Below, piece by piece: positions 58,074 to 64,000 of a stretch of DNA of 64,000 nucleotides. The stretch is from NCBI GenBank assembly GCA_049720225.1, contig JBNASD010000001.1, positions 396,815 to 460,814 on the forward strand, read 5' to 3'. The notes beneath the pieces are model-generated. The model did not search any database. It saw only the letters and a program-made list of their open reading frames with translations, and had not been told where the DNA came from. Positions within the stretch are counted from its first letter, which is position 1; each line of letters starts with the position of its first letter. A program made the translations under genes and the position numbers. The stretch comes from Microgenomates group bacterium (GTDB lineage: Bacteria > Patescibacteriota > Microgenomatia > PFEM01 > JBNASD01).

Positions 58074-59132
58074 TTACCAGCTAGGAAGGAATTCTTTTAT
58101 ATTTTCCGCTGTAAGATGAAATTTTTCCCCTTTTTTTTCAACAATCATTTTAGCAATTTTTCGACAAATTCCATTAATTGTTCTTTCTAAAGTCCGTATT
58201 CCCGCATCATAACCTAAAGGACGAACTATTTTAGGCCAAACCCCATCATCGATTATTAACCAATCTTTTTCTAAACCCATTTCTTCCATCGTTTTAGGCA
58301 AAATATAATTTTTACCAATAACAATTTTTTCCTCATCACTATAAGAAGGCATTTGGATTATTTCTAATCTATCTAAAACGGCAATTGAAATATTAGTGGT
58401 GTTATTACAAGTAGCAATAAACATCACCTCGGAAAGATCAAAAGGATAATCAATAAAATGATCCCGAAAGGCAAAGTTTTGTTCTGGATCCAAAAGCTCT
58501 ACTAAAACTCCCATAATACTTGCTCTTCCTTCTTCGGTAACTCGATCAATTTCGTCTAACAAAATTACCGGATTTTTGGTTCCTGCTCTTCTTAAAGCTT
58601 TTATTACTAATCCTGGCTCGGCATCCGGCCTTAACCGTGATTGACCTCTTAAATCAAGTGGATCTCCCATTCCTCCAAAGGGAATTCGGGCAAATTTTCT
58701 TCCCAATGCCTCAGCAATTGAATAGGCTAATGTTGTTTTTCCGGTTCCTACTAAACCAACAAAACACAAAATTGGTGCTTTATATTTTTCCTCTTGTTTT
58801 CTTTTTCTTTTAAGAATTAATACTGCTAAATATTCCAAAATTCTTTCTTTTACTTCTTTTAAACCATAATGGTTTTTTTCTAAAACTTTTTGGGCAAAAT
58901 CTAAATCTAAAATATCTTCACTTTTCTTTTCCCAAGGTAAAGAAGTAATCCAATCAAGATAATAAGAAGTTCTTTCGTATTCGGTTGAATATTCACCAAA
59001 ACGAGCCATTCTTGATAACCGAGAAATCATTCCTTCCGCTTCTTCTTTTAAATCAAGAGGTAAAACGCTTTTTTCTAATTTTTGTTTTAATTTCTCAATT
59101 TCTTCGAGAAGTTGGGCAGAATTATTAGTCAT
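58074..59132 (-). CDS. Lon-like AAA+ ATPase module only (no N-terminal LON domain, no S16 peptidase domain)
   Basis: It aligns by eye to Lon from the coiled-coil/YLDWxxxLPW region (TSYYLDWITSLPWEKK; DHYGL equivalent NHYGLKEVKERILEYLAV) through Walker A GLVGTGKTT, Walker B ILLDEIDRV, sensor ATCNN, and the alpha-subdomain end ...NIKEFLPSW*. It is flanked tightly by pnp and the UDG gene. Confidence 0.65.
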   Translation of the reverse strand: MTNNSAQLLEEIEKLKQKLEKSVLPLDLKEEAEGMISRLSRMARFGEYSTEYERTSYYLDWITSLPWEKKSEDILDLDFAQKVLEKNHYGLKEVKERILEYLAVLILKRKRKQEEKYKAPILCFVGLVGTGKTTLAYSIAEALGRKFARIPFGGMGDPLDLRGQSRLRPDAEPGLVIKALRRAGTKNPVILLDEIDRVTEEGRASIMGVLVELLDPEQNFAFRDHFIDYPFDLSEVMFIATCNNTTNISIAVLDRLEIIQMPSYSDEEKIVIGKNYILPKTMEEMGLEKDWLIIDDGVWPKIVRPLGYDAGIRTLERTINGICRKIAKMIVEKKGEKFHLTAENIKEFLPSW

Positions 59133-59134
59133 TT

Positions 59135-61213
59135 TTATCTCCTTTTTGGAGGAAATTTCATTGAAAGATTAATCCTTCCTAATTCGTCTATTTCTATTAC
59201 TCTTACCTTTACTTTTTGTCCTACCTTTACTAACTTTGCCGGATTAGAAACAAAACCGGCTGCCATCTGAGAAACATGAACTAATCCTTCCTTTCCCGGT
59301 AAAATTTCTACAAAAACACCAAACGGTTGAATTCTTTTAACGGTTCCAATAAAGACATCACCCACTTTTGCCTCCCGAATTAATCCTTTTATCCAAGCAA
59401 CCGCTTTGTCAACTGCCTGTTGATCTAAAGCAGAAATATTTACTTTCCCTTCATCATCAATTTCCACATTTGCCCCGGTTTCACTGATAATTCGGCGAAT
59501 TGTTTTTCCTCCAGGCCCAATTATCTCTCCAATTTTTTCTTCAGGAACTTTAATTACTTCTACTTTAGGAGCAAATTTGGAAATTTGAAAGCGAGGAGCA
59601 GGTAAAACTTCTTTCATTTTTTCTAAGATAAAAAGACGTCCTTCTTTTGCTTGAATTAATGCTTCTGCTAAAAGTTTTTCATCAAAATCTAAACTTTTTA
59701 CATCCAATTGAACCGCGGTAATTCCTTTTTCTGTCCCTGCAACTTTAAAATCCATATCGCCATTAAAATCCTCCAAGCCAATAATATCGGAAAGAATAAG
59801 TTTTTCAATCTTTCCTAAGGCAATTCCGGCGACAGGAGCTTTGATGGGAACCCCGGCATCCATTAAGGAAAGAGTAGAACCACAAACCGACGCCATCGAA
59901 GTAGATCCATTGGAAGACATCACCTCGGAAACAACCCGAATGGTATAAGGAAACTTTTCTTCGGAAGGAATTACCGGTTCTAACGCTTTTTCGGCTAATG
60001 CTCCGTGACCAATTTCTCGCCGGGAAGGCCAACCAATTTTCCCTGTCTCTCCCACTGAATAAGGAGGCATATAATAGTGATGAATATAGCGTTTTGTCTC
60101 TTCTCCTTCCATACTCTCAATTAACTGTTCTAACGAAGGAGAACCTAAAGTGGTTACTGTAAGAACATGGGTATTTCCCCGCCGAAAAATTGCTGATCCG
60201 TGAGTTCGCGGTAAAACTCCTACCTCAATTTCAATTGGTCTTATTTCTTTTAATCCTCTTCCGTCAATTCTCTTTTTCTCTTTTAAGACCTTTTCTCTGA
60301 TAATTTCTTTTACTACTTCATCTACCGCCAATGATAAAAAGTTTTCTTTTTCCCCAGAATATTTTTCTTCCAAAACCTTTTTAATTTCTTCTAGAAAAGC
60401 TAATGATTCTTTATCCTTTCCTGCCTGAAGAAGAATTTCTTTAATTTTCTTTCCGTAATCTTCTTTGATTTCCGCTACTAATTTTTTATCAGGAATTAAA
60501 GGAGAAAAAACTTGCTTTTTCTTTCCTAATTTTTTTCTTATTTCTTCAATAAGATGAATAATTTTTTCTCCTTCTTTTTTAGCAAAACTCACCGCCTGAA
60601 GAAAAACTTCTTCCGGAATTTCTTTTCCTCCTCCCTCTAACATTACTACCGCTTTTTTATCAAAAGCGACCACTAAATCTAATTCCGAATATTCTAAATC
60701 TTGGTAGGTAGGATTAGCGATTAAAAAACCTTTTCCGTTTTTAGGAATAAAACCAACCCGTAAAGCTCCAATTGGTCCTTCCCAAGGAATATCAGAAATC
60801 GCTAAAGCAGCGGAAGTCGCACAAATGGCCGGAATATCAGGATTATTCTCCGCATCAACTGACAAAACAGTAATCATTACTTGGACCTCATTACGATATC
60901 CTTTAGGAAAAAGAGGGCGAATTGAACGATCTACCAAACGGGCAGTTAAAACCGCCTCATCAGAAGGTCTTCCTTCTCTTTTAACCCAACGAGAACCCTT
61001 AATTTTTCCCCCGGCATATAACCTTTCAATATATTCTACCTGAAGAGGAAAATAATCAACTTCTTCATTACTACTTCCTGAAACTACCGTTGATAAAACT
61101 ACAGTGTCTCCTAAACGACCCAAAACGGAAGCATTAGCTTGCGGGGCGAGTCGACCAACCTCCAAAATTAACTGCTTACCACCGATTTCAATTGAAAAAC
61201 TTGCGGGTTTCAC
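59135..61213 (-). CDS. pnp: Polyribonucleotide nucleotidyltransferase (PNPase)
   Basis: Two RNase PH domains, a KH domain and a C-terminal S1 domain. It sits downstream of rpsO. Confidence 0.9.
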   Translation of the reverse strand: MKPASFSIEIGGKQLILEVGRLAPQANASVLGRLGDTVVLSTVVSGSSNEEVDYFPLQVEYIERLYAGGKIKGSRWVKREGRPSDEAVLTARLVDRSIRPLFPKGYRNEVQVMITVLSVDAENNPDIPAICATSAALAISDIPWEGPIGALRVGFIPKNGKGFLIANPTYQDLEYSELDLVVAFDKKAVVMLEGGGKEIPEEVFLQAVSFAKKEGEKIIHLIEEIRKKLGKKKQVFSPLIPDKKLVAEIKEDYGKKIKEILLQAGKDKESLAFLEEIKKVLEEKYSGEKENFLSLAVDEVVKEIIREKVLKEKKRIDGRGLKEIRPIEIEVGVLPRTHGSAIFRRGNTHVLTVTTLGSPSLEQLIESMEGEETKRYIHHYYMPPYSVGETGKIGWPSRREIGHGALAEKALEPVIPSEEKFPYTIRVVSEVMSSNGSTSMASVCGSTLSLMDAGVPIKAPVAGIALGKIEKLILSDIIGLEDFNGDMDFKVAGTEKGITAVQLDVKSLDFDEKLLAEALIQAKEGRLFILEKMKEVLPAPRFQISKFAPKVEVIKVPEEKIGEIIGPGGKTIRRIISETGANVEIDDEGKVNISALDQQAVDKAVAWIKGLIREAKVGDVFIGTVKRIQPFGVFVEILPGKEGLVHVSQMAAGFVSNPAKLVKVGQKVKVRVIEIDELGRINLSMKFPPKRR

Positions 61214-61479
61214 TTACTTAAATTAAGCTTATTAATAACATTTTTATATCTCTCTTCGTCTTTTTTTAGAAGATAATTTAAAAGTCTTCGGCGTTTAGCT
61301 ACCATCGATAAAAGACCACGTCGAGAATGAACATCCTTCTTGTGGGTTTCTAAATGTTTTACTAGCTTTTCAATTTGGGCAGTCAAAAGAGCAATTTGAA
61401 CCTCTGGAGATCCAGTATCCCCTTTTGCTTGAGCAAATTTAGCAATGATTTTTTTCTTTTCTTCGCTGGTTAATGCCAT
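61210..61479 (-). CDS. rpsO: 30S ribosomal protein S15
   Basis: [39 protein letters not shown]...HSRRGLL. Confidence 0.9.
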   Translation of the reverse strand: MALTSEEKKKIIAKFAQAKGDTGSPEVQIALLTAQIEKLVKHLETHKKDVHSRRGLLSMVAKRRRLLNYLLKKDEERYKNVINKLNLSK

Positions 61480-61529
61480 ATTTATTATTTTAACAAAGGT
61501 TTAAAAACTTAACAAGAAGAAATATTATA

Positions 61530-62324
61530 TCATATAGAACCATTTCCTTTATAAATTTTAGGAGTAAACCAATCAGAAGGTATTTGTTCTTCTTTCTTTT
61601 TCTCTTCAATAACTTTCTCTTCTTTTTCTTCCCTTCTTCCTCCTCTTCTTCCTCCATTTTTTAAACAAAAAACTGCTGCTTCAAAAGCATCCACGCCTGC
61701 TTTAAGACCAAAATTTTCCGTTCCTTTTTCCAAACCATATAAAAGATTAGTGGCAATATCTTCATCAATTGGTAAATTATATAAAGCAATAAATTTTGTG
61801 ATTAATGAAGACCAACAAGAATAGGAAAAATCTTTCAATCTTAACGACTTGACATTTTCTTTTTTAAATAATTGGGAATAATTTTGAGAAATTTCCTCCA
61901 ACTCGTCAATGTTATTAACATCCATTAATAAAATTAAATCCGCTTCTACATCGGTTGAGGAAAAATTTAATTCCTCAGGTTTCAAAGGAGGATATCCTTC
62001 CTTAGGCCGAATAATTAAATCAAAAGTCTCTTCTCCCTCATTGTAGCTTACTTTTTCAATTATTTTTTTAGGTAAAGAAATAATCAATCCTCTTCCTTCG
62101 GGTTTATTTTTAATTTTATCTACCCCTACTAAATGAGAAAACCCAACAGTAATTGGGGAATAAGAAATTAAAGAAACCTCTTTTTTGTTTTTTTTTAAAG
62201 AAAGATATAAAGAAAGAGCCGCTGCCAATCTATCTTCTTCTAATTCTTTTGGCAAGAAAATAAAAATGGTTTGGGCAGAATTTATTAAAGAATGAAGTTG
62301 AGTTAAATCCTGCAAAAAATCCAT
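61530..62324 (-). CDS. DHH/DHHA1-fold (NrnA-like) protein with substituted catalytic motifs; probably a non-catalytic paralog
   Basis: It occupies the nrnA-like slot between infB and rpsO. Motif I has PKELEEDRLAAALSL instead of HxNPDGDAxGS. Motif III has LMDVNN instead of DHH. The C-terminus has a Gly/Arg-rich tail GGRRGGRRE. Confidence 0.4.
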   Translation of the reverse strand: MDFLQDLTQLHSLINSAQTIFIFLPKELEEDRLAAALSLYLSLKKNKKEVSLISYSPITVGFSHLVGVDKIKNKPEGRGLIISLPKKIIEKVSYNEGEETFDLIIRPKEGYPPLKPEELNFSSTDVEADLILLMDVNNIDELEEISQNYSQLFKKENVKSLRLKDFSYSCWSSLITKFIALYNLPIDEDIATNLLYGLEKGTENFGLKAGVDAFEAAVFCLKNGGRRGGRREEKEEKVIEEKKKEEQIPSDWFTPKIYKGNGSI

Positions 62325-63797
62325 TTATTGGGGCAGCTTCTTAAATGATATTATCACATCACCAATTTTAAAGTCAATTCCTTCAAAAATTGCTCCAAAT
62401 TCCTCTCCTTTAATTACTTTATTAACATCTTCTTTTCCTTTCTTTAAAGAAACTATTTTTCCATCTCCAATAATTTCTCCTCTTCTTTTAAGATGAATGG
62501 GAAACTGTTTGTGAATTTCCCCTTCTTTCACTCTTCCGCCAGCTACTCTTTGATTTTTCACCAAAAATTCCGCTAAAATTTCTGCCTCTCCTAAAATTTC
62601 TTCATCAATTGTTGGTTCTAAAATCTTTAGTACCTTCTTTTCTAATTCTTCTAAAAATTCATATATAATTTGGTAACTGCTAATTTTTACTTTTTCAAAT
62701 TCTGCTAATTTTTTAATTTTTCCCGAAATTTTAATATTAAAAGCGATAATTTCTGCTCCAGTAGTCTTCGCGAGTAAAACATCAGATTCTCCTATTTCCC
62801 CCGTTCCTGAAGCCACTACTTCTACTTCTTGAGGAAGGCTATTTAAAATTGCCTCTAATGTCCCTTGGGTATCTGTTTTTAAAATTATTTTAATCTTCTT
62901 TTCTTCCTTTTCGTTTGCCAGAAAAGAGGCAAATTCTTTTTTTTCTTTTGAAAATTCTTCTTTTCTAGTTTTGGTTACTCTCGCTCCTACTGGAGGTACT
63001 TCTTCAAATCCTAAAATTTCTACTGGTTGAGAAGGACCAGCAAAATCAATTGGCTTTCCTTTATCATCAACCATTAATTTTATTTTTCCCTTCACTTCTT
63101 CAGCGAAAATCTCCTCTCCTTTCTTTAAACTTCCATCTCTTATTAATACTGTCGCTAATGGGCCTCGACGCGGATCTAGCTTTGACTCAATTATTACTGC
63201 CTCTAATTCCTTTTGAGGGTTTCCTTTGATTTCATTAATTTCGCTTAATAAAATTATCATTTCTAAAAGATCTTTTATTCCCTGTCCAGTTTTTGCCGAA
63301 ACAGAAACCGCAGGAATTTTTCCTCCCCATTCTTCTACTAAAATATTATTTTCTGCTAAATTTCCCTTAAGCCAATTTAAATCAATATTTGGTAAGTCAA
63401 TTTTATTTATGGCCACAATAAAAGGAATTTTTGCTTCTTGAATATGTTTCAAACTTTCTAAAGTTTGTGGTTTCACTCCTTCATCAGCGGCTACTACTAA
63501 CACCGCTAAATCCGCCACCGTCGCCCCTCGGGAACGCATTTTAGAAAAAGCAACGTGACCAGGAGTGTCAATGAAAGTAATTTTTTCGACTTTACCTTCA
63601 GAAGTTTGAAAACTGACCTGATAAGCACCAATATGTTGACTAATTCCTCCGTATTCTTTTCTGGTTAAGTCTTCTTGATAAATTTGAGAAATTAAAGTGG
63701 TTTTTCCATGATCAACATGACCTAAAACCACTACAATTGGTGGCCTTTTTTGAAGTTTTTCTTCGATATCTTTTTTAAGATTGGTAGAAATTGCCAT
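62325..63797 (-). CDS. infB: Translation initiation factor IF-2 (compact, starts at the G domain)
   Basis: [21 protein letters not shown]...DTPGHVAF... Confidence 0.9.
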   Translation of the reverse strand: MAISTNLKKDIEEKLQKRPPIVVVLGHVDHGKTTLISQIYQEDLTRKEYGGISQHIGAYQVSFQTSEGKVEKITFIDTPGHVAFSKMRSRGATVADLAVLVVAADEGVKPQTLESLKHIQEAKIPFIVAINKIDLPNIDLNWLKGNLAENNILVEEWGGKIPAVSVSAKTGQGIKDLLEMIILLSEINEIKGNPQKELEAVIIESKLDPRRGPLATVLIRDGSLKKGEEIFAEEVKGKIKLMVDDKGKPIDFAGPSQPVEILGFEEVPPVGARVTKTRKEEFSKEKKEFASFLANEKEEKKIKIILKTDTQGTLEAILNSLPQEVEVVASGTGEIGESDVLLAKTTGAEIIAFNIKISGKIKKLAEFEKVKISSYQIIYEFLEELEKKVLKILEPTIDEEILGEAEILAEFLVKNQRVAGGRVKEGEIHKQFPIHLKRRGEIIGDGKIVSLKKGKEDVNKVIKGEEFGAIFEGIDFKIGDVIISFKKLPQ

Positions 63798-63813
63798 CCT
63801 TTCACTTTAGTTA

Positions 63814-64000
63814 CTAATTCTTTTCTTCCTCTCTTTTATTTGATTTTTCTTTTTCTGATTTAATATCAATTTTATATCCGGTTAATTGAGAAGCTAAATT
63901 CACATTTTGACCATTTTTTCCAATCGCTAAAGAAAGTTGATCCTCTGGCACCCAAACAATTGCCTTCTTTTCTTTTTCATTAATTTCTACACGAGAGACC
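63814..64000 (-). CDS. nusA: Transcription termination/antitermination factor NusA, 3' end only (KH2 domain; rest is beyond the window end)
   Basis: ...[51 protein letters not shown]...*. Confidence 0.7.
   Translation of the reverse strand, partial: VSRVEINEKEKKAIVWVPEDQLSLAIGKNGQNVNLASQLTGYKIDIKSEKEKSNKREEEKN

Noticed and set aside
59805-60032. Arg/Ser/Cys-rich 75-aa ORF on the same strand inside pnp.
   Set aside because: It is an alternative frame of the PNPase coding sequence with no start context or SD. Its composition is consistent with a frame artefact.

Overview
The window is a gene-dense, low-GC (~33%) stretch of a streamlined bacterial genome, almost all coded on the minus strand. 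Its core, about 19.5-46 kb, is a contiguous transcription/translation super-cluster in this order: rpoB-rpoC, rpsL-rpsG-fusA-tuf, S10-spc-alpha ribosomal-protein operons (rpsJ through rplQ, including secY-adk-map-infA-rpmJ), rplM-rpsI appended directly after rplQ, then recA-recX-rny. A second housekeeping block at 50-64 kb holds alaS, rodZ-like, ftsK, rnj, a family-4 UDG, pnp-rpsO, infB and the 3' end of nusA. Several traits point to a Candidate Phyla Radiation / Patescibacteria-type organism, inferred from sequence features only: no L30 gene between rpsE and rplO, short RpoB (1069 aa), short IF-2 (490 aa), short AlaRS (586 aa), short L2 (247 aa), and overlapping stop/start codons everywhere. 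Non-coding genes are an RNase P RNA candidate with its own sigma70-like promoter (~3.35-3.64 kb) and a tRNA-Pro(GGG) at 19.32 kb, which is followed by a truncated copy of itself. Accessory content sits at 0-3.1 kb (AbrB-like + wHTH/NTase-like pair, DUF3048, DUF4446, small Zn-ribbon genes), at 7.7-16.2 kb, and at 46-53 kb (MltG, RuvX, sortase plus a 743-aa acidic bitopic protein, YtxG/YtxH-like pair). The 7.7-16.2 kb block holds an orphan ORF, a FemAB / DegT-aminotransferase / transglutaminase-like cassette that appears to sit between the two broken halves of an ABC-transporter operon, hup, and two tandem two-domain GH130-like genes. The observations I rate highest are: the apparent cassette insertion that split an ABC transporter; a free-standing Lon-like AAA+ module with no N-domain and no peptidase domain; a four-domain GH130 tandem in which the first gene has lost the GCEDPR catalytic motif; a promoter + SD-like element + intrinsic terminator between rpsJ and rplC; and in-frame AT-rich repeat insertions in miaA and miaB. 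I found no CRISPR array, transposase or integrase. I did not find any single system I can confidently call new.
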